Of a DNA stretch of 64,000 bases, positions 1-13,903 are shown one piece after another. The position numbers and the translations under genes are program-made. The stretch is from Eledone cirrhosa (Eukaryota). The stretch lies in NCBI GenBank assembly GCA_964016885.1, contig OZ024751.1, forward strand, positions 45,818,001-45,882,000. Direction: 5' to 3'. Under the pieces are notes generated by a model. The model was not told the origin of the DNA and did no database searches. It worked only from the letters and a program-made list of their open reading frames with translations. Position 1 is the first letter of the stretch, and every line of letters starts with the position of its first letter.

Positions 1-1027
1 GTTATGCTATACTTGTGTCTCCTATGAAGTGTTAAAACAGGGTTTTGTGCTCTGTCTGTGACCCGACCCTTATCACAGCATCTGATGAAGTGTAGTATAT
101 GTCAATGACCAGGTCCCATGTCGATTATGATGACTGATGATGATGATCACCACCACCATCATCATCATTTTACACCCATTTTTCATACTGGCAAATGTTG
201 TCTTAGTCCAGGGCTAGACAGATCGAAGAGATCACATCTTCGACACACCAAGTCCATATTGTAGCGAGGTTTCTACAGCTGGCACCACCACTATGAAATG
301 TATTTTCATTTTATAGCAGGGGTCACCAATCTATTTTGGAACTGGACAGAAGTGGAAATATTTTTATTTCAGTTTTCATTAAAAACTTACACCAACTTTC
401 AAACAATTTCAGCCTCCATTATGCATCTCACCCTCACATACATTATACAGATGTTTCTATGTCTGTTGTCTCTTCTCTGTGCCTTAACTCTGTGAGATGT
501 TGGTTGTACCCTTGATCTAAGGGTTGGAAAACTGTTTTTGGAGGTGGGCCTGATTGGGACTATTCTTTAAGGCTTGCAGACCAAGGTGAATGAAAAGTGA
601 AATAACCATGGAAACAGCTTGATGCATTATAGAGATGTCATTTGGAAAGTGGAAGTGAGGAAGTTAGTGTAAAGGTCCATCAGGGCTCAGTCCACTGACC
701 CCCCCCCCCCCCCCACTTTATTGTAATTCTCCAGGCAATAGCTGAGTAGTTTAAGACTGATTGTCCACGTGAATCCTTATATACTTACGACTTACTCCTC
801 ATAACTGAATCTTTTGAAGAATTTAGAAGAAATTCCAAACATGGAAGCAAAACCTAGAATCAAGAAAGAAGACAGAGATCTACTGCTACAATCTGGGATG
901 TGGCCATGCTTGATATGCTGAAAAAGGAAAGGTTAAAACGCCACACAGTGTACACAATACAAATTTAGGGTGCACGAGATGTAGAGACACGGGCAGATAA
1001 AGAGATAAGGAAAACCTTGTATGTAGT

Positions 1028-1140
1028 TGTGTGGCTGAGTAGTTAACACGTTGGCTGTGAAATCAGGAAGTTCTGAGTTGGATCCTACTGCAAAGCATTA
1101 TGGGTAAATATATTTCACTCCATAGCTTCAGGTTGAACCA
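1028..1140 (+). mobile_element. Degenerate tRNA-derived SINE head
   Basis: A-box-like TGGCTGAGTAG and decayed B-box-like GAGTTGGATCC at tRNA spacing; resembles the better copy at 4305. Confidence 0.4.
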
Positions 1141-1194
1141 AACTTTCTGTGTTAAATTAGCCCACATGATAGGCAGATTTCGACTGAGGATTCT

Positions 1195-1288
1195 GTTAAG
1201 GGTAGATGTGTGTTTGGAATACTTTTAAAGGTGGATATATGTGTGTTTGGAATACTGTCAAGGGTGGATATGTGTGTTTGGAATACTC
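1195..1288. repeat. Three tandem copies of a ~30-bp unit (AAGGGTGGATATGTGTGTTTGGAATACT)
   Basis: Unit read directly three times. Confidence 0.7.
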
Positions 1289-1447
1289 AGCCATTTATAT
1301 GCTAATTCAATGAATAAGTATTCCAGTTGATTGAACAACTGAAATAATCACGAAAATAAACGGAGATCCATTTACATCCATATAGACTCATGTGGGTGTA
1401 CATGTAGGCTTACACCCACACATATGTATATATATATATGTGTGTGC

Positions 1448-1482
<35 letters not shown>

Positions 1483-1919
1483 CACACACACACATGTATG
1501 TGTGTTTATATGTGTGTATGTATATATATATACACACACATATATATATGTATGTGTATACACATAATATATATATATATCTATATATATATATATAAAG
1601 ACTCTAGAGAAATACATGGATGTGTATTGTGTTGTGTTGTAAATGGAGCCAAACTGGTGGACCAGACTGATATATCAATCTTCCTGCGTGTGCTCAAACA
1701 CACTGAGACTGTAGCTGTGTAATAGACTAACACACACACACACAGACACACAGCTATACACGCTGTGTGTGTGTATAGCTGTGTGTGTAAGAGAGAGACT
1801 AAGAACGCCAGTACATTGGCAGAAGACTATCAGTTTACATGGCTGGCTTCAGGTTACACCATACAATCTTCAGAGTATAGACTTGCCAGGGAGAGACAAA
1901 GAGATACAGACACACAGAC

Positions 1920-2015
1920 TGACAGATAAATAGATAGATAGGTAGGTAGGTGTGTGTGTGTGTATATATATATGTATATATATATAAATATATAAATATA
2001 TATATATGCATACAC

Positions 2016-2108
<93 letters not shown>

Positions 2109-2437
2109 CATACACATGTATATATATATATATATATACATACATACACATGTATATATATACATATATATACATATATATATACATAATATATATATAC
2201 ATATATATACATATATATATACATAATATATATATACATATATATAGATATATATATATACATAATATATATATACATATATATAGATATATATATATAC
2301 ATAATATATATATACATATATATACATATATACATAATATATATATACATATATATACATATATATATACATAATATATATATACATATATATATACATA
2401 ATATATATATACATATATATACATATATATATACATA

Positions 2438-2480
<43 letters not shown>

Positions 2481-2483
2481 TAC

Positions 2484-2520
<37 letters not shown>

Positions 2521-2954
2521 CATATATACATATATATATATATACATATATACATATATATATATACATATATATATACATAATATATTTATACATAATA
2601 TATTTATACATATATATACATATATATATATATACATATATATATACATAATATATTTATACATATATATATACATATATATATACATATATATACATAT
2701 ATACATATATATATATACATATATACATATATATATACATATATATATACATATATATATATACATATATATATACATATATATACATATATATATACAT
2801 ATATATACATATATATACATACATATATACATATATATACATATATATACATATATATACATATATATACATATATACATATATATATATACATATATAT
2901 ATATTTATAGATATATATACATATATATACATATATATACATATATATATATAC

Positions 2955-2991
<37 letters not shown>

Positions 2992-3149
2992 CATATATAT
3001 ACATATATATATACATATATATACATATATATATATATATACATATATATACATATATATACATATATATACATATATATATATATATACATATATATAC
3101 ATATATATACATATATATACATACATATATATACATATATATACATATA

Positions 3150-3189
<40 letters not shown>

Positions 3190-3690
3190 CATACATATAT
3201 ATACATATATATATATATACATACATATATATACATATATATACATATATATATATATATACATACACACACACACATATATACACACACATGTATATAT
3301 ATACATACACACACACATATATACACACACACATATACACACATATATATATACACACATACATACACATATGTATACACATATGCATACACATGTAGAT
3401 GTATATATGTGTATGTACATGTAGATAGATGTTTAACTGTTGAGAGACAGAGCTAAAACATATAACGAGAAAAGAGATAAAGATTGTATATATATATATA
3501 CATATAAACACATATATATATATAAACATATATGTGTGTATATAATATGTATGTATATATATATATATTTATACATATACATGCTTATGTACATACATAT
3601 ATATGCATATAAACTCATATGCATAAACATATATATGGATATGTACATACTTATGCATCTATGTCTACAAACACACATATATACATAGAT
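1920..3690. repeat. Long compound (TA)n/(TACA) microsatellite
   Basis: Almost pure TA with interspersed CA; source of the Y/I/M/C-rich ORFs. Confidence 0.95.
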
Positions 3691-4189
3691 GAGAGAGAGG
3701 GAGATTTTTATAGTTAATCACTGGTGTTGGTGGGATAACTAGAATAGATGGAGAGACAAGAGAGAAGGTGGAGGTCAACCAGACTGCAGTTGAGCCATGT
3801 ATAGGACTAAATCTGTATATGAGACAGCGGTTGAGCTTGCAGAAATGTGTGTGTATATATATATATCTAGATCTAGATCTACACACACACTACACACAAA
3901 CAGAGAGAGAGAGAGAGAGAGAGACTGTAGTAGTTTGAATGTCCAAAAGTGTGGAGAGGATTCAATCTTGTGGGAAGAGTTTACATGTGTAAAGCCAGAT
4001 GAAAGACTGGAGTTGACCAGCTTTGAAACATGTGTAGTGGTTTAGTAAACGTTAGATACACTCACACACTTTGAACTCTTGACTTAAACTCTTGACTGTA
4101 GAGGAAATTCTTTAATGTGAAGTACATAGTAAAGACCATGTTTTCTGAGACATCATATCTCAAGTATTGTAGCACAGACATTAATCAGC

Positions 4190-4808
4190 TGGGTGTATAT
4201 CCAGGATTAAATATATATACAGTTAGACTATATATACACAATATGACAGGCGTCAACTGGGTGAATATCTGGGATTAAATATATATATACAGTATATATA
4301 TAATGGAGGCACATGGCTTAGTGGTTAGAGCATTGGCCTTGCAATCGAAAGGTTGTGAGTTCAATTCTCAGACCGGGTGATGTGTTGTTTCCTTGAGCAA
4401 GACACTTTATTTCACATTGCTCCAGTTTACTCAGCTGTAGAAATGAGATGATAGGGGCTGGGGTCCCGATCATTCCACTGTAAAGTGGTCGTGTAGGCGC
4501 CACAGCAAAAAAAGCACCCAGCACTCACTGTAAATGTTAGGAAGGGCATCCAGCTGTAGAAATCAAGCCAGAATCAGTTCCCGTCCCACCCTTGCAAGCA
4601 GGGAAAAAGCAGACGTAAAATGAAATGATGATGATGATGATGATACAGTTAGACTATATATACACAATATGACAGGCGTCAACTGGGTGTATATCTGGGA
4701 TTAAATATATTCAGTTAGACTATATATACACAATATGACAGTCATTGGGTATATATATATATATGGGATTAAGTATATATAGTTAAGACTATATATACAC
4801 AATATGAT
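4190..4808. repeat. ~70-bp minisatellite (ACAGTTAGACTATATATACACAATATGACAGGCGTCAACTGGGTG...) interrupted by a SINE
   Basis: Same unit at 4219-4290 and again at 4645-4808 on the far side of the SINE. Confidence 0.7.
4305..4643 (+). mobile_element. tRNA-derived CORE-like SINE with (TGA)n tail
   Basis: A box TGGCTTAGTGG 4314-4324, B box GTTCAATTC 4359-4367, CORE-like CCTTGAGCAAGACACTT...CAGCTGTAGAAATG, ends in a (TGA)n run. Confidence 0.8.
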
Positions 4809-4983
4809 CACCATCACCACCATCATCATCATCATCGGAATCACCACTCCACACCAGAAATTAACAACAACTGTGACAACGACAGCACTGACAACAAACA
4901 ACTACAATAATAAAACTAACAACAGTTTCAATGGCATTACCAAAGTTTGTGGAAACTAAACTCAAAAGTGTGATATGGTGGTG

Positions 4984-5019
<36 letters not shown>

Positions 5020-5604
5020 CATACAGCTACATAAAATGACAAACACCTGCTTATTTATCTCGTCAGCCACCTTGCTCATGCGCAATTTCGTGCATTGGGG
5101 TGGTATTGCATTTGTAATACCAGTGAGCGCAGCAGATTGGAGAACCACTCTGTTAAGATGCACGTGAAACAATAACAAAACAAAGAATGGACAGGAACAT
5201 TTATAGGTGTTTTTTGATAAAAACAGAGATAAATACATAAAAATATTACAAATCGAGATAAAAAGAAACATTATAAAGACGTTAAGGAATATGAAATCTG
5301 CATAACTTTAGCTCTGTAAATGAGATAATTAATCTGTGAAAAGTGTTAATGAAATAATTTATTAGATTTTGAAACAGATTCATTCTTGGTGTTGTTTAAT
5401 TCAACCTATTTACTGCCGCTATATGTACAGTGGTATGGTTGAACACTTTTAATTCAAACATGTTCCCTGTTCACTGTCATTGTATATACAGTGGTATAGT
5501 CTATATTGGTTAATTCTCAATATGCTCACTGTCATTACATAATCAGTGATATGGTAGAGATCATTTAACTCTCAATCTGTTCATTGTTCTCTATAATTAT
5601 ATAT

Positions 5605-5791
5605 GGCGGTGGAATGGCAGTATCGGTAGAGAGTCGGACGCCATGCTTTGACGCATAGAGTTACGGCCCTTGCCATTCTGAGTTCAAATCCCGCCGAGGT
5701 TAACTTTGCCTTTCATCCTTACAGGGTCGATAAAATAAAGTACCAGTAATACACTGGGATAATTGCTAGCCTTGTGCCAAAAGTAGAAACA
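5605..5791 (+). mobile_element. tRNA-derived SINE, second family (…GAGTTCAAATCCCGCCGAGGT…CTTTCATCC…GTCGATAAAATAAAGTACCAG…)
   Basis: A-box-like TGGCAGTATCGG and B box GTTCAAATC; near-identical copies at 21783(-), 50094(+) and 61540(+). Confidence 0.85.
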
Positions 5792-6151
5792 ATTATATTT
5801 ATACAGTGATATGGTCTCTGTCGCAAAAAAAAAAAAAGAAGGCTTGAGAAGACTCTTCAGATATGTCAAAAACATGACAACGTCCTTAGAGCTGATGCCA
5901 CGAAAACGTACCCGGTGCACTCCATATATATATATATATAGAGAGAGAGGTGGGAAGGTTCATATGTAAGATGTCCCTCTTCCCTCCAGCTCATCTGAGG
6001 TCAGTAGCTCCGATTAAGTACTAACTTGGTCTGTAATGACCCATGCAACCCATTGCTAACAAAGAGAACGGACGCTAAATAACGATGGTGATAATTACAT
6101 ACAAACGTAAATTTATATAAAATTTCAGTTTCATAAGAATATCATAACGGT

Positions 6152-6188
<37 letters not shown>

Positions 6189-7413
6189 CACTGAAACTAA
6201 TGATCTCCTGAGGTCAACTGAGGAAATGAGACTTTGTCCTGTGCCCCCTCTCCCTGTTTTGGATATATATATATAAAGAGAACTAACAAATATATATATA
6301 AAGAGAACAAATATATATATATATATACTTATTTAATTTTATAAGAATTTGTTTGTTTGTTCTCTTTATTTCGAACGGGAACATCATAAACACGTATGTG
6401 TATGTATGTGTATGTATGTGTATGTATGTGTGTATGTATGTGTATGTATGTGTATGTATGTGTATGTATGTGTGTATGTATGTGTATGTATGTGTGTATG
6501 TATGTGTATGTATGTATGTGTGTATGTATACACATATAGATGAATATAATTTTCCCGTTTTCTCGAGAAAATAGAGTTGACACTTTGCTGAAGAAATTGT
6601 TATGGTCGTATTAACACCATTATCATCATATCACCATCATCACCGCCATCTCTTACACCACCACCGTCATCACTACCACCCCCATCACCTCCCCACACGT
6701 CTCTCACCCCTCACATCTTCAGTCTTAACAGCTGAACTTGACACAAACCAAAATGTTGCCCCCCCACCTCCCCACCACCATCACTTCCCTCCACTCCTCC
6801 GCCACAATCACCAACCAATCACTACCCCCTCCACCACTGCTCTTGCCCCACCACACCGCCACCATCACCACCAGACGACGTCTGCCAGTTAAGGAATTTC
6901 TTCTACATAACACCTCCCACCTATCTATATACATACAGACACACACCGACACATATTCACACACACACACAACTATATTCATACACATACGTGTACATGT
7001 ACATATGCACACACACACACACACACACACCTATATACATAAATACACTGACATAAGCACCCCCACACACACCTATATATACATAAACAAACACAGACAG
7101 TCTTATTCCCTTTCCCCTCCCCTCACTTTCACTCTGTGACCAATTCCTTCTTCCCCTACTTTCCCCCTCGCCTCATCTGAAGAATTGATAGAAATACTTC
7201 CTGGAGTCAGTGACACAATTTCCCTTCTTAAATGACTGTTCCCTCTCTGTCTCTCTCACTCCCTCCTTCCTCATCTACCTCTCTCTAATATTAAGGAAGT
7301 TATCAAGAAATAAAGTCGAGTGTGAGGTGGTGGTGGCGGGGAGCTAGTACTAAACGGTAGTTATACCTTGAAATATAGCAAACATATTCGTTGTTAAATC
7401 TTAGAACTATACT

Positions 7414-7496
<83 letters not shown>

Positions 7497-7667
7497 TAAA
7501 TCTACCAATCAATGGTAGGGTGTAAACCGCATGAAGAACTCAATGTAATCCGTATGTAGAAGATGTCGTGAAGCAAAGTTTAAAATACAAAATTTTCAAC
7601 GATATAATTCATTGGATACAGAGTCAAAAATAGAAATATTAAAACAATGAAATTAAACAAAAAACGG

Positions 7668-7718
<51 letters not shown>

Positions 7719-8364
7719 ACAGCACTTTGGCTTGTGTCAGACGCTGTGACCCTGGGTCAGTTTCGACACCTACCACCAGTACCGTCGGTAGGGGTCGAAA
7801 CTGCCAGAAAGTCCACCTCGACAGTTATGTCAACCTTGGAGTTATGAATCTTACGTTTGTCATTTTTTTTTTTTTTCAAAAAGGTTTTTTAAGGTTTCCG
7901 CTTCAACAAATTTATTTTCGTTTTGCCATGTTTTCGTTCGTTGTTGTCCTCTGTTCATTTTCCTAATTTCATTATATACATACATTCGTCGGGGCCCGAC
8001 GGCAAGAGCTCAGCCGCTCGTGAACCGATTTGTTTGTGATGAGAGGTATTCGCGAACCGAAGTTCCAATGTATTCATTTTATTATAGAAATGACTTTTAC
8101 AGTACTAGGATGGATTTCTTACGAATGAAACAGTTCTAGTCTTCTAGTCCTGTAGCAGTCATATCTATAATAACATGAACACACACACATTTATTTATAT
8201 ATTTCGAAGATTATCTTCAAACTTGACATCCTTCTAGAATAATTAAGTTAAGCAAAATATCAGATTTCTAAGCACAGGAATTCCGGGTGTTTCGGTCACA
8301 TTCCGGGTACATGGTCAACAGCTCCTAAAATAGCCAGTCTTTTACATATCTTACCTACCGACTC

Positions 8365-9124
8365 AGACCAGTTGAATGTCTTGGTATATCCTACATGGTA
8401 GCTTTAATGTATACCTAACCAGTAGATCTTGGTATATCCTACATGGTAGCTTTAATGTATACCTAACCAGTAGATCTTGGTATATCCTACATGGTAGCTT
8501 TAATATATACTTAACCAGTAGATCTTGGTATATCCTACATGGTAGCTTTAATGTTAACCTAACCAGCTGATCTTGATATATCCTACATGGTAGCTTTAAT
8601 GTATACCTAACCAGTAGATCTTGGTATATCCTACATGGTAGCTTTAATGTATACCTAACCAGTAGATCTTGGTATATCCTACATGGTAGCTTTAATGTAT
8701 ACCTAACCAGTTGATATATCCTACATGGTAGCTTTAATGTATACCTAACCAGTTGATATATCCTACATGGTAGCTTTAATGTATACCTAACCAGTACATC
8801 TTGGTATATCCTACATGGTAGCTTTAATGTATACCTAACCAGTTGATATATCCTACATGGTAGCTTTAATGTATACCTAACCAGTTGATATATCCTACAT
8901 GGTAGCTTTAATGTATACCTAACCAGTTGATATATCCTACATGGTAGCTTTAATGTATACCTAACCAGTTGATATATCCTACATGGTAGCTTTAATGTAT
9001 ACCTAACCAGTTGATATATCCTACATGGTAGCTTTAATGTATACCTAACCAGTTGATATATCCTACATGGTAGCTTTAATGTATACCTAACCAGTTGATA
9101 TATCCTACATGGTAGCTTTAATGT
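8365..9124. repeat. 42/48-bp minisatellite, ~17 units
   Basis: CCAGTTGATATATCCTACATGGTAGCTTTAATGTATACCTAA and a 6-bp-longer variant, repeated head to tail. Confidence 0.95.
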
Positions 9125-9456
9125 AAACATGTAGCTGTTGTTGATAGCTGCGATGATTATTGTTGTTACTGTGTTTGTTGTTGTTGACACTAGCTGTGAT
9201 TATTGTTGTTAGTGTTGTTGTTGTTGACACTTGTTGTTGACATTATTGACACTTTTGTTTGTTATTGTTGACACTGTTGTTGTTGTTGTTGTTACTGTTG
9301 TGGTGGTTGTTGATAAATACATTCCAAAAGTTAATATTCCCAATTCATGGAACACAAATTATAAGAAAGGTGATGGTGGTAGTAGTAGTGATGGTGGTAG
9401 TAGTAGTGGTGCCTTAGATCTTCTCAACTGCTTTCATTTTCATATCAGAAATCTTT

Positions 9457-9496
<40 letters not shown>

Positions 9497-9565
9497 GTTA
9501 TTCCGGGTTGAATCGGAGGTAACCACAGTAAGGTACTCAATACAAAGCAGAGTATAACTGTTTTA

Positions 9566-9672
9566 ATATAGAAGAGCTTCTACAGGACTAGAACTGTTTC
9601 ATTCGTGAGAAATCATCAGGAGCTTCCGGATGATTTCTCACGAATGAAACAGTTCTAGTCCTGTAGAAGCTC

Positions 9673-9680
<8 letters not shown>
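9566..9680. repeat. Inverted repeat with perfect 52-bp arms; left arm holds a degenerate hammerhead core on the minus strand
   Basis: Arms 9566-9617 and 9629-9680; minus strand reads CTGATGA-tttctcacgaat-GAAACAG..CTGTA. Confidence 0.75.
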
Positions 9681-9729
<49 letters not shown>

Positions 9730-9735
<6 letters not shown>

Positions 9736-9992
9736 AACAAAAGATGGTTAAAAGAGTTCCATGTATTTTATTATGCGCATTTCAAAAACAAATATCATCA
9801 TGCAATAATATTTGTGTTTTCATCAGATAAAACAGGAAGACATGATATGAAGGTTAAAAAACACTTGTGTATAGTGCAGCTTTAAATCAACATATATGTT
9901 GAAAACACAAATATTATTGCATGATGATATTTGTTTTTGAAATGCGCATAATAAAATACATGGAACTCTTTTAACCATCTTTTGTTCTTATA
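9730..9992. mobile_element. Penelope-like pseudo-LTR remnant arranged as an inverted repeat (~93-bp arms)
   Basis: 9730-9822 is the reverse complement of 9900-9992; contains a minimal hammerhead; adjoins (TA)n; homologous copy at 63545. Confidence 0.65.
9764..9834 (-). ncRNA. Minimal type-I hammerhead ribozyme
   Basis: Minus strand: TGTTTTAT-CTGATGA-[AAACACAAATAT/ATATTTGTTTTT stem II]-GAAA-T-GCGC-ATA-ATAAAATA; 8-bp stem I, 1-bp stem III with palindromic GCGC loop, AUA triplet. Confidence 0.75.
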
Positions 9993-10081
9993 TATTATGT
10001 ATACTCCAGTCCTACAAACTGTAGAGTGCTTCTTATCCGATATCTGCATTGCTTTATTGTACTACAATAAAACTCACCTCC

Positions 10082-10171
<90 letters not shown>

Positions 10172-10283
10172 ATATATGTATATATATGCTTTAAGTCACT
10201 GAGTTTAAGTCACTGCGTCGATAATTATTCCTAATTCATATAAGTCAATTTCATTTCATCAAAAGATTTCGTAATAATACTTT

Positions 10284-10382
10284 AATGTCTTTTGTATGTG
10301 TGTGTGAGTGCAGGCAATGTCTTTTGTATGTGTGTGTGAGTGCAGGCAATGTCTTTTGTATGTGTGTGTGAGTGCAGGCAAT
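10284..10382. repeat. Three tandem copies of a 32-bp unit
   Basis: AATGTCTTTTGTATGTGTGTGTGAGTGCAGGC repeated. Confidence 0.85.
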
Positions 10383-10893
10383 TTGTCTATCACTTTCATC
10401 CTCGCACGAAAACTAATATATACAAATACTTGTGGCAAAGTCTGTGTTATTCAATGTATTATCTATTGTATTGACACATACACAAATAATATAAATATAA
10501 ATATATATATATAATAAGGAGTTGACGGACCCAGCATATTTATCATGCCAGGACCGGTTGTATCTCAGCGTACTCAATAGGCAATGTAAGATACATTCCC
10601 AGAGTATATACATAGTTGTTCGCTTCAATACAACACACGTAAAACGGGTGCCTATAATTATATATATATATATATATACACACATTATGTGTGTGTATGT
10701 ATGTGTGTGTGTATGTGCATACATGTTTCTTTCGATACGAGGTTCTATCTGTATTCTATGATTCTTGTTACCGGTGCGTTGGTCATACATCTTTGGAGAA
10801 CACACACACACATTCTAGGTACAGATCTACTGATTTGGGTTGTCCACAAAGGAAGAATAATTCAATGTTATATATGTGTATATATATATATAT

Positions 10894-10989
10894 GGGGTGT
10901 CCCAAAAAATGTATACACACTTTGATTACCTGTACAGGCAATATTTATTAGAATGCTGTTGAAGTGTGTATACATTTTTGGAGACATCG
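10894..10989. mobile_element. ~95-bp Tc1/mariner-type MITE
   Basis: TIRs GGTGTCCCAAAAAATGTATACACACTT / AAGTGTGTATACATTTTTGGAGACATC, flanked by TA runs; half copy at 15120-15168. Confidence 0.6.
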
Positions 10990-11124
10990 AATATATATAT
11001 ATATATATATATTCCTGTAATGCCGTTGTGTTCTTGAGCAAGACACTCAACTGAATAAAATGGCCAGCAGCAGTTGCTGGCCATTAACTTTATAACAAAC
11101 TGGTCTGTTTTACGACTCGTGATC

Positions 11125-11400
11125 CCTGTCTACTGAGCCACTAGTCAAATGAACCACCGATCTAATGAGCCACCTGTCTACTGAGCCACTGGTCAAATGA
11201 ACCACCGATCTAATGACTCTTTGGTCTAATGAGCCTCTGATCAAATGAGCCACCGGTCTACTGAGCCACCTGTCTACTGAGCCACTGGTCAAATGAACCA
11301 CCGATCTAATGACTCTTTGGTCTAATGAGCCTCTGATCAAATGAGCCACCTGTCTACTGAGCCTCTATTCCAATGAGCCACTGATCTAATGAGCCTCCGG
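11125..11400. repeat. Degenerate 16-bp tandem repeat (TCTAATGAGCCACTGG-like), ~17 units with higher-order duplication
   Basis: 16-bp register maintained; block ~11170-11250 recurs at ~11266-11346. Confidence 0.85.
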
Positions 11401-11450
11401 TTTAGGGTCGATGGACACTTTAACAATTATTGCTAACATGGACATTAAGC

Positions 11451-11640
11451 CAGGCATTTGGCACGAGGGAAACAGTCGATTTAACGGACCTCAGTATTTC
11501 ACTGGTACTTTATTTTATCCACCCCGAAAAGATGAAAAGACAAAATTGACCTTCGAGGGTCTTCGATTTCAGAATGAAAATAGCCGGAGGAGATATCGTA
11601 AAACATTCTTTCGACTCTTTAACGGTTCTGCTAATCCACA
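11451..11640 (-). mobile_element. Degenerate SINE copy (5605 family)
   Basis: ACTGGTACTTTATTTTATC...GATGAAAAGACAAA...GCTAATCCAC is the reverse complement of the family body. Confidence 0.65.
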
Positions 11641-11970
11641 TTCAATGGTGTGTACTATTGGAATGGAAATATTACAGAAAACAAGTCTACGTGACTGTTT
11701 GTATATACATATACACACTTACATGTATACATGTTTATACACACATACATATAAATATATATATTTATATATATATACACACACATATATCTATATATAT
11801 ATACATACATACACATATCTATATATATACATACATATATACACATACATATATATATATACACATACATATATATATACACACATACATTATATATATT
11901 ATGCATATAGTTATAGATATATACATACACACACATATCTATATCTCTCTCTATATATATACACACACAA

Positions 11971-12017
<47 letters not shown>

Positions 12018-12249
12018 TAGAAGGGATATTTAATTTGTTGGAAATACAACAAATATGTTTATAACTATATATATATCATCATCATCGTTTAACGTCCATC
12101 TTCCCCGCTAGCATGGGTTAGACGGTATATATATATATATATATATAAATATAATATATATAGGAACGATCGACTTTCGTCAAATCGGACCGAGGGAACA
12201 ATGTTTCCGTTGGTCTTTCCAATTGCTAATACTATCTATCGGTCGCAAC

Positions 12250-12377
12250 TCCAGGTAGAAGGAGCAACGTGAAATAAAGTGTCTTGCTCAAGGACATAAC
12301 GCATCACCTGGTCCAGGAATCGAACTCACAACCTTACGATTGCGAATCCAGTTCTTTAACCACTCAGCCACACGCCT
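12250..12377 (-). mobile_element. CORE-like tRNA SINE (4305 family)
   Basis: GTGAAATAAAGTGTCTTGCTCAAGG...GGAATCGAACTC...TAACCACTCAGCCA is the reverse complement of CORE plus B/A boxes. Confidence 0.8.
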
Positions 12378-12379
12378 TC

Positions 12380-12442
<63 letters not shown>

Positions 12443-12453
12443 CACACAAGCAG

Positions 12454-12489
<36 letters not shown>

Positions 12490-12782
12490 TTATCGTTTAA
12501 CATCTGTCAACAGTCGACTATGTCAAACCCTAGTATTTTACTGGTACTTTATTCACCCTGGAAGGATGAGAAGTAAAGTTGATCTGAGTGGCGATTGGAA
12601 ATCAGAATGTATATAACCGGAACGAGTACTGCAATATATATATATATATATATATATGATAAATATATGTGTGTGTCTATATATGTGTGTAATGTGTACA
12701 CGTGTGTGTGTGTTGACATCCATATGAATGTGTGTGGGTATATATCTGAGCATGTGTGTGTTTTGTTTATGTTGTTATGCAC

Positions 12783-12827
<45 letters not shown>

Positions 12828-12976
12828 CTGTTGTATCAAGGAATCTGTGTGTGTGTGTATGTGTATGTTCGAGTATTCGCATATGTTAATGTGTGTGGAA
12901 ATGTGTGCGTACGTGTGTCAGTATTTTTTTGTTTTTGCCAATGTGTTGGTTTTGTTTATGCGTGAATACGTGTATA

Positions 12977-13022
<46 letters not shown>

Positions 13023-13378
13023 CAGATACATAGATTTATTAGATAGGTATGTTTGTGTGTGCATGTGTGCGCATTGTTTATGACTTCGAAAAAGTATATG
13101 TGCTTTGGTGTAAATCTGTATATGTATGTGTCAGTGTGTGTGCACCAAAACACAAAGAAAAGAGTGTACTCAATACTGAAAGTAGAGTCGGAAGCTGAAA
13201 GTTTAGCAACCGTTAGTTATCTCGAATTTCTCCTTTCTGTAGTCCGGAGACTGGAAACTCAAGCTTGTAAAGTTTGCAGCCTCCAATAATATATACTATA
13301 CACACACACACACACACATATATATATACACACACATATATATACACATACACACACATATATATACACATACACAAC

Positions 13379-13434
<56 letters not shown>

Positions 13435-13484
13435 TAGTATAGATATAACTTTAGGTATATATATTTATATACATGTGTGTGTGT

Positions 13485-13538
<54 letters not shown>

Positions 13539-13556
13539 ATAGGTATATGTGTGTAT

Positions 13557-13609
<53 letters not shown>

Positions 13610-13684
13610 CGAAATAGACATGAATATGTGTGTGTTGCTTTGTTGATGTGTCGTGTATACTATACACAAGTGTGTTATTGTAAC

Positions 13685-13723
<39 letters not shown>

Positions 13724-13903
13724 CATACATACATACATACATACATACATACATACACAGATCTACACACATGTGTGAGTGTGTGTATGTATGTATGTAT
13801 GTATGTATGTATATATATATATGTTGTATATATACACATAGAGAAAGAGACATAAAGACAGACAGTAAGTCTGTATAGATAAATAAATGTCGGCTGTTCC
13901 TAC

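Noticed and set aside
1835-3688. Y/I/M/C-rich ORFs (also 44123-45734 and many short ones)
   Set aside because: Translations of (TA)n/(CA)n microsatellites
4305-4378. tRNA gene
   Set aside because: A/B boxes continue into a CORE-like SINE body and multiple diverged copies exist
6600-6920. Possible Gly-rich terminal exon on the minus strand
   Set aside because: All three minus-strand frames contain stops; cannot be called without transcript data
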